Virus record (IMG/VR): IMGVR_UViG_3300033996_000365
Length of the DNA stretch: 64,000 nt
Direction: 5' to 3' (one strand)
Source: an uncultured virus (IMG/VR IMGVR_UViG_3300033996_000365)
Lineage: Duplodnaviria > Heunggongvirae > Uroviricota > Caudoviricetes
Shown piece after piece: positions 1-9,835 of the stretch (positions are counted from its first letter, which is position 1; the number at the start of each line of letters is the position of its first letter). The notes beneath the pieces were generated by a model that saw only the letters and a program-made list of their open reading frames with translations, did not search any database and had not been told where the DNA came from. Made by a program: the position numbers and the translations under genes.

Positions 1-1
1 A

Positions 2-244
2 CACCCTCCGTTGCGACTCAATCAGTTGATCTATCTTGGTCTCAAGACGATTAAACCGCTGGTCAATATGATCTGTGATGCGATCTACTTCTGCCTTGGT
101 AACGTTATCCCGCGCAATCTCCTCACGCGTCTTGTTCAACAAGATCGTGATGCGTGCCAGCTCGGAAAACTTCTCGTGGGCAATGTACGCAAACAAGCCC
201 ACAAACAGCGACAGAGCGCCATTCCAAACGAATGCTAAGTCCAC
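2..244 (-). CDS. small membrane protein with coiled-coil tail (3' end truncated by window)
   Basis: Read manually from GTG at 244: MDLAFVWNGALSLFVGLFAYIAHEKF...RFNRLETKIDQLIE; hydrophobic N-terminus; not in ORF track. Confidence 0.6.
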   Translation of the reverse strand, partial: MDLAFVWNGALSLFVGLFAYIAHEKFSELARITILLNKTREEIARDNVTKAEVDRITDHIDQRFNRLETKIDQLIESQRRV

Positions 245-246
245 GG

Positions 247-501
247 TTAACACTTCCACCTTTTTAAAGAAGCCGCCTTTCTTGTTGGGCGACCCTTCTC
301 GTCTTTCATAGGTCCCGGCATTCCAGACATCCGAGCGCAAAAGGAACGCTTGCGAGCGCCACCCTCTGGCTGCGGAGCCTTAAGATTGCTGCCGGTAGCT
401 TTGTTGTACTTCGCCCTGCCTTTGGCAGTTAGACCCGCGCCCTTGGATGCGGGCAGCTTTTCGCCGCGACCGATAGCAAGGGATGGGGTCTTCTTAGCCA
501 T
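247..501 (-). CDS. small basic late protein
   Basis: Lys/Arg-rich 84 aa ORF overlapping the upstream stop in the late operon. Confidence 0.7.
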   Translation of the reverse strand: MAKKTPSLAIGRGEKLPASKGAGLTAKGRAKYNKATGSNLKAPQPEGGARKRSFCARMSGMPGPMKDEKGRPTRKAASLKRWKC

Positions 502-988
502 AAAAAACTGTTGCCGTTACAGACGCACCACATCCAACAAACATACCGTTAGGGCAGTAAATACCTTGGCCTGGAATCATAATAGGCAAGCCGATGGTGT
601 TGAAGGTATCAACCTCTAACAAAATCTTGCTATACGCTGTAACATCGCCGCTCGTCGTAGAGATTACGCCAGTATCGACACAGGTAAACGTATCATCGCC
701 AGTTTTGGTAATCGTGTATGCACCATCCCGACCAGCGCCAGAGGTAAAATCTAAAAACACTCGTTGCCCAGTAACAAAACCGTGGTTCGTTATGGTGACG
801 GTGATTGTAGCGCTAGGGTTTGTACGAGAATACGTGCCAGATTTCTGAGCCGTTGGGTCACATACGGAAACATTCCTTGCCGATACTGTCGCGCTTGTCA
901 CCGTGATGGATTTCAAGCGTACAGGGATCATGGTTACAAGCAGCCCTGTATTTTTTGCAATCGCAGATTTAACGTCCGTTTGCATCAC
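494..988 (-). CDS. virion accessory protein, paralog of 998-1486
   Basis: Thr/Ser-rich; shares MQTDV N-terminus, NHG motif, IPGxGI and FYG C-terminus with neighbour. Confidence 0.65.
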   Translation of the reverse strand: MMQTDVKSAIAKNTGLLVTMIPVRLKSITVTSATVSARNVSVCDPTAQKSGTYSRTNPSATITVTITNHGFVTGQRVFLDFTSGAGRDGAYTITKTGDDTFTCVDTGVISTTSGDVTAYSKILLEVDTFNTIGLPIMIPGQGIYCPNGMFVGCGASVTATVFYG

Positions 989-997
989 AAGCTATTC

Positions 998-1486
998 CTA
1001 TCCGTAGAAAATAGTCATGGTTACGTTGGCGGATGGCAGCAAACAGAATAACCCTTCTGAAGCAAGAATCCCCTCACCGGGAATTAATGTGTAAAAAGCC
1101 GTTCCTGAAGAGGAATCCAATTCAGTAAGGACTTTCGGGTACATCGTCACATTACCACTGGTCGTTAGATTGGCCGTGGTTATAGTGAGCGTGTTGGTTG
1201 TCGCATTCGACACAACATAAGCATCATCTATTCCCACACCAGTAGTAAAGTCGAAGCCAACTCGTGCGCCATTCGACAGGCCATGATTAGCTATGGTGAC
1301 GGTACATACTGTCGAGCCGGGAATATCGTATGTCCCCGTCAACGCCCCAGCAGTATCAACTACACATGAGTTGAAAGTTACGGACGTAACGGGGGATATA
1401 ACCACACCCTTCAGACGTGAACGTGCGCCATACGCAAGCGATGAGCTTACTGCGTGATACGAAAAAACGTCTGTTTGCATAGCCAT
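998..1486 (-). CDS. virion accessory protein, paralog of 494-988
   Basis: Same shared motifs as 494-988. Confidence 0.65.
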   Translation of the reverse strand: MAMQTDVFSYHAVSSSLAYGARSRLKGVVISPVTSVTFNSCVVDTAGALTGTYDIPGSTVCTVTIANHGLSNGARVGFDFTTGVGIDDAYVVSNATTNTLTITTANLTTSGNVTMYPKVLTELDSSSGTAFYTLIPGEGILASEGLFCLLPSANVTMTIFYG

Positions 1487-1498
1487 AGCGACACCCTA

Positions 1499-1966
1499 TT
1501 AGCTGTTCTGCTGACCAAAGAGGGGATCAGTAACGTAGTAGAGGATGATGCCGCCAACGTTGCCAACAGCCGAACTCTTGCTCTGAGTTGTGATCTTAAC
1601 GTTCTGGGTAGCGTTCATCACAAGACCAAGGCCAGCGCCGTTGCCGGTCGAGCCAGGTGTAATCGTTGCCACAGCAGAAGCGCCATCAGCAAGGTAAGAA
1701 GCATTGTTGGTTGCGCCGTCAACTGTCACATAGCCAACGTTCATGGTGCCCGAAGTCAAAGCATCGGTGATCATGACGTGCGTTACAACAGCGTTAGCAG
1801 GAAGAATGACTTCAGCAGTCTGACCCTGTGCAACGACAACGTTGCCAGAGACTGCCGCGTTAGCAACGAAGAAGGTTGCTGCCATGACGCCGGTGCCACA
1901 ATAGGCTTGGCGAGTGTTATCACCGCCGCCCGAACGCCAAATGGATTGGGTAGTAGATACAGCCAT
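1499..1966 (-). CDS. capsid decoration/accessory protein
   Basis: Directly downstream of major capsid gene; GAGGA SD; Ala/Thr/Val-rich. Confidence 0.55.
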   Translation of the reverse strand: MAVSTTQSIWRSGGGDNTRQAYCGTGVMAATFFVANAAVSGNVVVAQGQTAEVILPANAVVTHVMITDALTSGTMNVGYVTVDGATNNASYLADGASAVATITPGSTGNGAGLGLVMNATQNVKITTQSKSSAVGNVGGIILYYVTDPLFGQQNS

Positions 1967-1974
1967 CGAATTGT

Positions 1975-2050
1975 CCTCTCAAGCGAGTTCGGTATGGCAA
2001 TCTGCTTGACGTCAGCCGGGACTGTTTGCCACACCCGGGATTCCCGGAGT
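1975..2050 (-). ncRNA. candidate pseudoknotted leader RNA
   Basis: Three interleaved pairings: 2042-2047/2016-2021, 2026-2035/1991-2000 (10 bp, one G-U on minus strand), 2004-2009/1979-1984 next to SD. Confidence 0.5.
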
Positions 2051-2074
2051 TACTGCGTTATAGCATAAATCTAT

Positions 2075-2102
2075 AAAAAAAGGGGGGTTTATCACCCCCC
2101 TT
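2075..2102 (-). terminator. rho-independent terminator after major capsid gene
   Basis: Stem AGGGGGGT/ACCCCCCT (2081-2101) followed by a T run on the minus strand. Confidence 0.8.
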
Positions 2103-2105
2103 CTA

Positions 2106-3014
2106 TTACGCGCCCTGCGATGCAAACATGCCGAGCGGATCCGACCAGCCAAACGAATAACGCTCACGAGCTTTATAACGTACGTTACCTGTGTCGAAAT
2201 CGCCGTCCATCGAGTTCTGCAACGGAGTACGAACAAAGTGCTTCATGCCGTTAGGAACATCAGTGGTCAGGAACCATGCGTTCGTATCGGTCAAGAAGTG
2301 GTTGATCGTATAGCCTTCTGGGATGGAACCGTTGTTAACGATCGCGTTCACGTCGTTGTCATTGGTACCAGGACGCAGTTGCGTTTCCAGCAGGCGGGTT
2401 GCCACGAACTGCAGTGCTGGAGGCACAACCAATTTGCGTGGGCGTGCGGCGATCAGCAGACCACGTTCGTCAGTCCAAGCTGCGATCTGGATAACTGCGT
2501 TTTCCAACGCGGTTTCCGAGAGGTCAACTTGAGTCGACGGAGTGTTGCTGTTGGTGCCACCGCTAACCAGCGGGTGTGCTGTGCTGAACAGAGCCACGCC
2601 GTCACCACCGGGGTAGTTAGACGAGAAGCCGTTGTTCAGTACTGCTGCTGCCTTAACCTGCTTGGTGTACGACATCGCACGAGCCAGCGCCTTGGTATAA
2701 CGAGCCGACAGGCTGTCATACAGGTTGTCCTCGATGGCCTCTTCGGTCAGCGAGAAACCCAGTGCGATGGTTTCGTGGTTGTATCGTGCGGTCCAAGCTT
2801 CCTGGCCGTTGTCGTACCGGATCGCAGAACCTTCGTTCTTGACCGGTGCGGCACTAAAGCCAGAGAGCTTGGTCTCTTCTTCGAAGGAACGCTCAGAGGT
2901 CTCAGTTTCGTAGATCTCTTTGTGTTCTTCACCATAACGAGCGTACTCCATGCCGAACAAAGCGTTCAGGCCAGGCAGTAGCTCTTTCAGTAGTTGTGCG
3001 CGTGAAATAGCCAT
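2106..3014 (-). CDS. major capsid protein
   Basis: 302 aa; MAISRAQLLKELLPGLNALFG start, KLVVPPAL and RYKARERYSFGWSDP motifs; follows scaffold, precedes terminator. Confidence 0.85.
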   Translation of the reverse strand: MAISRAQLLKELLPGLNALFGMEYARYGEEHKEIYETETSERSFEEETKLSGFSAAPVKNEGSAIRYDNGQEAWTARYNHETIALGFSLTEEAIEDNLYDSLSARYTKALARAMSYTKQVKAAAVLNNGFSSNYPGGDGVALFSTAHPLVSGGTNSNTPSTQVDLSETALENAVIQIAAWTDERGLLIAARPRKLVVPPALQFVATRLLETQLRPGTNDNDVNAIVNNGSIPEGYTINHFLTDTNAWFLTTDVPNGMKHFVRTPLQNSMDGDFDTGNVRYKARERYSFGWSDPLGMFASQGA

Positions 3015-3024
3015 GTCTTACTCC

Positions 3025-3681
3025 TTAAACACCAGTCGGGTTCAGATACGCATGACCGCCAGTTACCGTCGAGGTAACGAGGTTAGACGTATTGGTGAAC
3101 GTGGAAACAATGTACGGTGCGTTGAATTTGCAAATGAACTCGCAATAGCCGTTAGCGCTATTCGAAGTATCAGGAACAATATCAACAACACGGATTGGCA
3201 ACGATGCAGTCGTGGCAAACGAAGTGCCAAGAATTGCAACTTGCGAATCACCGGTGGTGTTAGAACCGTTGTTCTGCACCAGCGCTGCGTTCAGACCGAT
3301 CTGCTCCGAGCTGTAGAAAGCCACGGTAGTACCGGAAGAAACAGCAGCAACCTTGAACAGAACGTCCGGATCATCCACTACGTACGCCTGGATGTCATCG
3401 GCGTTAGTGCTGGCCGTGTACGACTGATAGTACAGTTTCTGCTTGGTTGATGGGTTGGTATAAGTGCAACCCAAGAAGATGCCAACCGGAGTCGCAGTCG
3501 TTGTGCCCGTATCTTTGACGATAGTACCGTCAGAGGCCAGCTTGACCACATCACCATAGTAAATGCTGGTGTTGTAGTTAGCCGCGATACGGAACAGACG
3601 AGTGGAACCGGCGTACACCTGCCCGCCGATCAAATTGACCGGCTGAAGCCCATAAGGCTTCGATACAGTAGGATATGCCAT
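3025..3681 (-). CDS. capsid cement/minor capsid protein
   Basis: Immediately upstream of MCP; PYGLQPV, IYYGDVV and VVDDPDVLF motifs. Confidence 0.6.
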   Translation of the reverse strand: MAYPTVSKPYGLQPVNLIGGQVYAGSTRLFRIAANYNTSIYYGDVVKLASDGTIVKDTGTTTATPVGIFLGCTYTNPSTKQKLYYQSYTASTNADDIQAYVVDDPDVLFKVAAVSSGTTVAFYSSEQIGLNAALVQNNGSNTTGDSQVAILGTSFATTASLPIRVVDIVPDTSNSANGYCEFICKFNAPYIVSTFTNTSNLVTSTVTGGHAYLNPTGV

Positions 3682-3698
3682 CGTTTACTCCAAAAAGT

Positions 3699-4148
3699 TT
3701 AAGTACCGCCACCTCTCGAAGTCGATGAATTCGACTCCTTGAAGAGCGGCATACGTGGGTCATTTTGCCGCATAAGGTTGTTGTCCACCGCCTTGATTTG
3801 CTGTTCCGACTGTTGCAGGTAATGGTGATTACGCTGCTCGGCCAACTCCTCTGGCGTCTTGCACAACAACACATCGCCAATTTGAACGCAGTCTTTCCAT
3901 CTGCCTTCGCCATTGACTAGCAGTTGATACTGCGGTTGCTCCTCGACCTTGACCGGCTCCCAACCTTCCTTCAACTTCATGGAAATGTTACGAGCATCAG
4001 TTTGCCCCTGAAGCAATACGCGAATCCAACGATACTTGTACCCTGGCTGCTTATCTGGTTCTGGCAGAAGCTCCGGTGGCATCCACTGCTTGGGACGCTC
4101 CGCTTGAGTACGAGTTTCGATATTACGTGGTGTACGGTTCTCAGCCAT
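3699..4148 (-). CDS. head-module protein
   Basis: Abuts scaffold stop; YRWIR and EGWEPV motifs. Confidence 0.6.
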   Translation of the reverse strand: MAENRTPRNIETRTQAERPKQWMPPELLPEPDKQPGYKYRWIRVLLQGQTDARNISMKLKEGWEPVKVEEQPQYQLLVNGEGRWKDCVQIGDVLLCKTPEELAEQRNHHYLQQSEQQIKAVDNNLMRQNDPRMPLFKESNSSTSRGGGT

Positions 4149-5087
4149 TTATTTACCCTCCAGTTTCATCATTTCCTTGACGTACATATCCAGTGGAACG
4201 CCCAATTTTTTGGCCGCGTTTACCGCCGACTGCGAAACTTTGACTTTTTTGGAGCCAGTAGTACGCGTCGCTGGAGCTACGACAGGAGCGGGTTTTTCAC
4301 GCTGGGGTTTTGGTTCCGGCGCTTCGGCTTCTTCCCGTTCTTCAAAATGCTCTGGGAATCGACGACGCATAGTGTCGTCAACCTTCTTCCAGTATTCGTC
4401 CGTGGACGGATATGACGCCCCGTACTGTGAGACTAGCTTCTGATGCAAGCCCAGAGCTAAGCTAGTCATTTCCTCGTCCTTACCGAACCATTCGTTGCGC
4501 TCTTGCCACGCAACTGCCCTGTGGTCAGGACGAGGCACTGGATTTGGTTGCGTTTGTACCTCAGTTTCAGGATCTTGTCTAGACGGAACAAAATCGTTAA
4601 CTCGCTGCAACCTAAACTGCGCGGTGTTCAGCCGTGCTTGGGCTTCGACCAGTTGGTCTCCGTCACCAAGATCGTACGCTTCTTTGTACGCTTTCTTGGC
4701 CGCATCAAACTCTAGCTCCGCAGCATTCTTGGCTGTCTCGACGTAGACCTGTTCGCCTTGGGTCAGTCGACCTTTCAGCGTTTGATTCTCCGCCATCAGC
4801 CGCTTGGCATACTCCAATGCCTCCTGCTGCTCACGTAATGCCGCCTCCTTCTCGCGGCGCTCGTCGTGCCAGACCTTCTTCATCTGCTTCAGACGAAGCT
4901 TGACGTTCTCCGAATAATCCTCAAGCTCGTCGCTCTCTAATTCCTCGACAACCTCCTTGGGCATAGGCTCGCGGCCTCTGTCCTGCGGCGGTGTGTCATC
5001 CTCAATTTCAAACTCAAATTCCTCGGAAGTGGAATCGTTGCCACCCTCATCAGGAAACTTGTATTCATCCTGCTGCATAGTTGCCAT
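4149..5087 (-). CDS. capsid scaffolding protein
   Basis: Acidic coiled-coil; C-terminal AAKKLGVPLDMYVKE; between portal and MCP. Confidence 0.7.
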   Translation of the reverse strand: MATMQQDEYKFPDEGGNDSTSEEFEFEIEDDTPPQDRGREPMPKEVVEELESDELEDYSENVKLRLKQMKKVWHDERREKEAALREQQEALEYAKRLMAENQTLKGRLTQGEQVYVETAKNAAELEFDAAKKAYKEAYDLGDGDQLVEAQARLNTAQFRLQRVNDFVPSRQDPETEVQTQPNPVPRPDHRAVAWQERNEWFGKDEEMTSLALGLHQKLVSQYGASYPSTDEYWKKVDDTMRRRFPEHFEEREEAEAPEPKPQREKPAPVVAPATRTTGSKKVKVSQSAVNAAKKLGVPLDMYVKEMMKLEGK

Positions 5088-5101
5088 GTGTTTCTCCTTT
5101 G

Positions 5102-5503
5102 TTAAGCCCGGCTAATGCCGCGTGGGTCTTGGACCACGGCCTCTACCACGTCATCATTCAGAAGTCTGAACTCTTGACCGTGGATCTTGAGGCGGGTGCC
5201 AGTGTTCGGACGGGCGAGAATGAAATCCCCTTCCTTGCACCATGGGCCGTTGGGAAACCGCTTTTCATCCTTGTAGCAGTCTGGTCCCATCTTCAGAACG
5301 AAAAAGACAGTTGCCAGTACCTTTTCTTCGTACATGGTTTGGTCTGCTTTAACGAGGCCGCTGTCAAACTTTTCCTCGGCAGGCGGAAGCGCTACTAGGA
5401 TGTGATACCCAGTTGGCTCCGGCAGTTGCTTTGCTTTCTCCTCGGCTGTTTCTGGCAGCGTCGAAGTCTCGCCATCTTGACTGGCGATTAAAAGTTCACT
5501 CAT
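5102..5503 (-). CDS. groES: GroES-like co-chaperonin
   Basis: PTGYHILV...MGPDCY...GDFIL...FRLLNDDVVEAVV fits the Cpn10 pattern; probable ATG at 5503. Confidence 0.8.
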   Translation of the reverse strand: MSELLIASQDGETSTLPETAEEKAKQLPEPTGYHILVALPPAEEKFDSGLVKADQTMYEEKVLATVFFVLKMGPDCYKDEKRFPNGPWCKEGDFILARPNTGTRLKIHGQEFRLLNDDVVEAVVQDPRGISRA

Positions 5504-5687
5504 CTGAAAACTCCATTTTCTTTGCGAGGTCAAGGATGTAGCCCTCTGCTAGGGATAAGCCTCGAATCTCCCCGCAAAGTTTTTGATAGTCAGCGAAGTC
5601 TTTGGCCGCGTTGTTAGCCACTGCTTCAACTATCTGATCACGCTTGTCACGTACCTGTTTGATCAGCACCTCAAGCGCTTTATCCAT
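5496..5687 (-). CDS. hypothetical head-module protein
   Basis: 63 aa between portal and GroES, coupled. Confidence 0.65.
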   Translation of the reverse strand: MDKALEVLIKQVRDKRDQIVEAVANNAAKDFADYQKLCGEIRGLSLAEGYILDLAKKMEFSDE

Positions 5688-5690
5688 AAA

Positions 5691-8156
5691 TTACCCTTTC
5701 GGTTTTGATGGTGTAGGGCGGAGCATCTCTGCGCGATCCTTGGCAATTCGTGAGCCAATTTCCACGCCTTTGACTTCCATCTCTGCTTCCAATCTGGCCT
5801 TCTCTGCCGCTGTTTTGACACCGGCTTGAACGCCTGCGATACGCTCTTGCGCCTCGATCCGAGCCTTCTCGATCTCCATCTGATCTGCTTTTGCCGCAGC
5901 ATCCATGAATACCTTCTGCTTCTTAATCTCGACTTCTGCCGCCTTGAGCTGCAACTCCTGTTGCTGCATTTGCACCAGCGGGTCTTGAGCCGCTTGCTGC
6001 GCCTGCTGTTGAGCCATCTCTGCCTGATCTTTCTGCAACAGCTTGGCTGCCGCTGCTGCCATCATGCGAGAAACCTCGACTTCCACTTCTTCCGGCAACT
6101 GCTTGTCCATGTCCGGCAGCGGTACGCCCAACTGCTTTTCAATCTCAATCCGGTACTGGAAGGCCACATGCTCATTGATATGTGCCATCGCAGCCGCCAT
6201 GATCATCTGCGCTCTGGGGTTTTGACCGACAAGCTGCGCAACTTTCGGATCCTGCATGGCCGCCTGATGCACGGCGATATGCGCTTCGTGATCCTGATAG
6301 ATAAACGCCTTGACCGGTTTGCCGTTCAGCACGTTCATGTTCTCCGTCACCGGATCTTTTGGCTTCTGATCCTCTGCGCTCGGCACCAGCTTGCCGACAT
6401 TCTTAATACCCAGAACTTCCAGCATCTGCCGGTTTAGCTCCACCATGTCGTAAATCTGTGGGTTGGCCTGCGCCATCTGCATCACAGCCTGGTACTGCAC
6501 AACCTTCTGTGCCATCGTGGCCGAGTTAGGATCGGACACTGGGATCACATCCACGTCGTCATAGTCCGACTTCTTGGCACGCGGCGTACCTTCCACCGGC
6601 TGATAGTCGTACTCGTCCGGCGTGTAGTCGCGGATGATGTCTTTCAGCAGCTTTAGTTCCTGCTTCATCGCGTAGTGGATACGCGCCTGCACTGCCGACA
6701 TCACCTTGAGCGTGCGCTCCAGAATAGCCAGCGTCGTGCCGACCGGAGAGTTGGCCGACATGTCAGCGATCTTGAGGTCTGCCGCCGCAGCAAATCGGCG
6801 ACCTTCCTCAACGATCTGGTTCATCAAGCCTAGAAGAACTTGGCTCGGCTCTTTGTACGGAAGCGGAAGAATGTTGTCGCGGATCGTTCCGGCGGCAACG
6901 TCCACATCTCGGAACTCGCCGGGTGCAATTGGAGTGTCATCTCCTTTGACCCGCATACCTTTGGTTTTAAGACCTCCCGGCAGATTCGATAAAGTCCCAG
7001 CATCAACAAGCTGACGAATAATAGAAGTACCAGACTTAGCGAAAGCACCGATAAGATGAATAAGACCGAAGGCATAGAATCCAAAGCCGGGGATATATGG
7101 GTAGTGAACAAAATGGTTCCTCTTTTGATACGTGTCGTCGTCTGGTCGCCAGTTGCGCCTAATAGATAAAACCTCTTGAGAAGTTTTTTCGATAGTTACA
7201 ATGTATGGCAGTCCGATCCCTGTCTTCTCGCCGTCCTCGTCCTCATCCTCGTACCCCGGCAGATCCAGATACACCTGCATTTCAAGAATCTTGTACCGAT
7301 CATCCGTGGTAGCGCGGAAGCCCATCTTCTCCGCAATCTCTTTCTCAATATCGTCCAGCGCATTCTCTGGTTCGGGCAGGTCGATATCACGATAGAAGCC
7401 AGCCACCATCAGACGACGCAGATCATTCTTGGTCTTGCGCATGACATGCGTCACACGCGGGGATGACTCCAGATTGCTTGCGCCGTAGGGAACAACCACG
7501 TCTTCAGCCGGTACGAATACCGATACCTGCCGAGCAAGTGACGGGTCGTAGTACACCTTCTTGAACGCATTGCCTGCTAGACCCAAGCCCCACAACATGC
7601 GCTCATGTTCAGGCCGGTATTCGGTCATGACTTCCGTCAACTGGTAGTTCATATCGTCCCGAACGCGCTCCGCAGAGTCCCGCTTCTCCGGCGTTTCTTT
7701 GCCGATGATCTTGGTCTTCACAGGGCCGCTGGCCGGAAACGTTTCCATGATCGTCTCGGCTTGGAACTTCACCAGTGCTTCTGACAGCAGCGGGTGGTAC
7801 ACACCGCAGGCACCTTCCCACGGTTCTGACCGCTCTTCGATCTTCATGCCGAGCAGCTCGAGGCCGTCGACATACGTCTTCATCCAGTCTTTTCTGGCGT
7901 CGATGTCATCCTGAAAGTCGCCTAGCAGATCACCGGCCAGACTTTGCAGTTCCGAATCCGACATCTCTTCAGCCAAGTTAGCGCTGAACTCGTTATCCAT
8001 CTTGCCCGGTTCAATCTCAATCTCCAGACCACCGATCCCGATAGACACGGACTCTGGATCCTCGATCTCAATTTCAATTGGCTCGGCATCCAGCACCTCT
8101 TCGTCCATGCCAGCAGGCAATTGATACAGCGCCTTGTCAATATTTGTCGCCATCAT
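5691..8156 (-). CDS. portal protein
   Basis: 821 aa directly after terminase; GNAFKKVYYD, YAFGLIHLIG; Gln/Ala-rich C-terminal helix as in P22-type portals. Confidence 0.85.
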   Translation of the reverse strand: MMATNIDKALYQLPAGMDEEVLDAEPIEIEIEDPESVSIGIGGLEIEIEPGKMDNEFSANLAEEMSDSELQSLAGDLLGDFQDDIDARKDWMKTYVDGLELLGMKIEERSEPWEGACGVYHPLLSEALVKFQAETIMETFPASGPVKTKIIGKETPEKRDSAERVRDDMNYQLTEVMTEYRPEHERMLWGLGLAGNAFKKVYYDPSLARQVSVFVPAEDVVVPYGASNLESSPRVTHVMRKTKNDLRRLMVAGFYRDIDLPEPENALDDIEKEIAEKMGFRATTDDRYKILEMQVYLDLPGYEDEDEDGEKTGIGLPYIVTIEKTSQEVLSIRRNWRPDDDTYQKRNHFVHYPYIPGFGFYAFGLIHLIGAFAKSGTSIIRQLVDAGTLSNLPGGLKTKGMRVKGDDTPIAPGEFRDVDVAAGTIRDNILPLPYKEPSQVLLGLMNQIVEEGRRFAAAADLKIADMSANSPVGTTLAILERTLKVMSAVQARIHYAMKQELKLLKDIIRDYTPDEYDYQPVEGTPRAKKSDYDDVDVIPVSDPNSATMAQKVVQYQAVMQMAQANPQIYDMVELNRQMLEVLGIKNVGKLVPSAEDQKPKDPVTENMNVLNGKPVKAFIYQDHEAHIAVHQAAMQDPKVAQLVGQNPRAQMIMAAAMAHINEHVAFQYRIEIEKQLGVPLPDMDKQLPEEVEVEVSRMMAAAAAKLLQKDQAEMAQQQAQQAAQDPLVQMQQQELQLKAAEVEIKKQKVFMDAAAKADQMEIEKARIEAQERIAGVQAGVKTAAEKARLEAEMEVKGVEIGSRIAKDRAEMLRPTPSKPKG

Positions 8157-8162
8157 TCATCC

Positions 8163-9638
8163 TTAGTAGTAAACCCGCTTGCGCTGCAAGCCCATAGGCT
8201 CATCTTCCTCGTCTGAACCCAGACGCAGGAAGCCGCCCTGTCGAAATCTCATCAATGCCTGTACCCCGGAATCCACTAAGTCATCGTGTTCGGCGTTCGG
8301 GAACCTCGCAAACTCCTCGATCACCTCCGACGCCCACCGGGTATCTGGTGCCCACACTTTACCGGAAGAAAATAGGTCTGTAACGCTGTTCAAACGCACG
8401 AACTTATCGTTGCCACGGGTCGGTGTGAAGTCAGAAACCATCACACCCATCCTTCGTAGCTCAAATATCAGCGGTGCCCCCGCCGCTTTTGCTTCAATAA
8501 TGCAGGAATCCGGCTGCCATTCGTCATACAGCTCCTTTGCCTTCTGCTTTAGGTCAGGAAACTCCACTTTTCCCTTCCAAGCGTCCAGCAAAATGATGTT
8601 TACATCGTTCTCATCCTCATCCCGGTGAAACACACCCCATGTCGTACACGCAGAATAGTCACTCCGCTGGTTTTTTGTGTACGCAGTGTCCCAACTTTGG
8701 ATGATGAACTCGCATGGTGGCGCTCTATCCCCCTCATACATCTGCCACCAGTCCCTTTTTACTAGCGCACCCTCTTCACCCGTGGGCTTTTGCTGGTACT
8801 GAGCGTTCCATTTGTACGGCGGCAGCTCTTCTTTCAGCGCCAACAGCTCGTCTAGCGACCAAAACTCAGGCCATAGACTCCCGCCAGACGGCAAAATGGC
8901 CGGTAGTTCGATTACTTCCCACTCAGTCGAGTCCGATTTCAGCACGCGGCCAGTCAAATCCTTGTCTGACCAGCGCGTCATCACCACAATAATCGCCCCG
9001 CCCGGCTGTAAACGTTGCCGCGGACCGGACGTATACCATTCATACACAGAATCAAAGACCGTCGGGTCACCCTGCGCGAGTCTCGCTTCCTGTTCCGAGT
9101 GCGGGTCATCTATTATTAGTAGATCCGCACCCTTACCAGTGACGGTACCGCCCACACCAATCGCAAAGTAATCCCCGCCGTGGCTAGTTGCCCACCGGCC
9201 AGCCGCTTTCGAATCCACCCGCAGTCCAACATTCGGGAAGATTTTTCCGTACTGCTCGCTATCCACCAGGTTCCTGACCTTCCGACCAAACCCCACCGCC
9301 AGTTCAGCCGTGTTCGATGTCTGGATTACCTTCTTCTCTGGGTTCTTACCCAAGAACCACGCAGGCAACAGATAACTAGCAAACTCACTTTTCGTATGTC
9401 GCGGCGGCATGTTGATGATCAGCCGCTTCAACTTCCCCTGCGCGATCTCTTCAAACTTCTTAGCCATTAACGCATGATGTCGGCCATGTATAAACCCCGG
9501 CCACATCTCTTTTACAAAGGCCATGAACGACTGCTGTGCCTTCTCCCGCACGAGCGCGTCTCGATACTGCCCCACCTGCTCCAGCAGTTTCTCCTGCTCC
9601 GCCGCAGGCAACTTGCCTATCAACTCACTCAAGTCCAC
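8163..9638 (-). CDS. terL: terminase large subunit
   Basis: Walker A MPPRHTKS, Walker B LLIIDDP, VMTRW motif, nuclease SWDTA and HDDLVDS. Confidence 0.95.
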   Translation of the reverse strand: MDLSELIGKLPAAEQEKLLEQVGQYRDALVREKAQQSFMAFVKEMWPGFIHGRHHALMAKKFEEIAQGKLKRLIINMPPRHTKSEFASYLLPAWFLGKNPEKKVIQTSNTAELAVGFGRKVRNLVDSEQYGKIFPNVGLRVDSKAAGRWATSHGGDYFAIGVGGTVTGKGADLLIIDDPHSEQEARLAQGDPTVFDSVYEWYTSGPRQRLQPGGAIIVVMTRWSDKDLTGRVLKSDSTEWEVIELPAILPSGGSLWPEFWSLDELLALKEELPPYKWNAQYQQKPTGEEGALVKRDWWQMYEGDRAPPCEFIIQSWDTAYTKNQRSDYSACTTWGVFHRDEDENDVNIILLDAWKGKVEFPDLKQKAKELYDEWQPDSCIIEAKAAGAPLIFELRRMGVMVSDFTPTRGNDKFVRLNSVTDLFSSGKVWAPDTRWASEVIEEFARFPNAEHDDLVDSGVQALMRFRQGGFLRLGSDEEDEPMGLQRKRVYY

Positions 9639-9835
9639 GGACAGTTCGCCTTCTCTCGCATCGCCACTATCGACATCGCCTCCTGCCGCACAGGCTTATC
9701 CAACCGCTTCTGTATCTTCGCCAAAATAGGATAAATACTCACCGGCCGAAAATACTTCCGCCCAGCCTTTTGCTCCTTATACACCTGGTAGAGCATCTGG
9801 AACGCCTCCAACAACAACTGCTCGTCTCTATTCAT
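9629..9835 (-). CDS. hypothetical protein
   Basis: Overlaps both neighbours in the same operon. Confidence 0.55.
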   Translation of the reverse strand: MNRDEQLLLEAFQMLYQVYKEQKAGRKYFRPVSIYPILAKIQKRLDKPVRQEAMSIVAMREKANCPWT

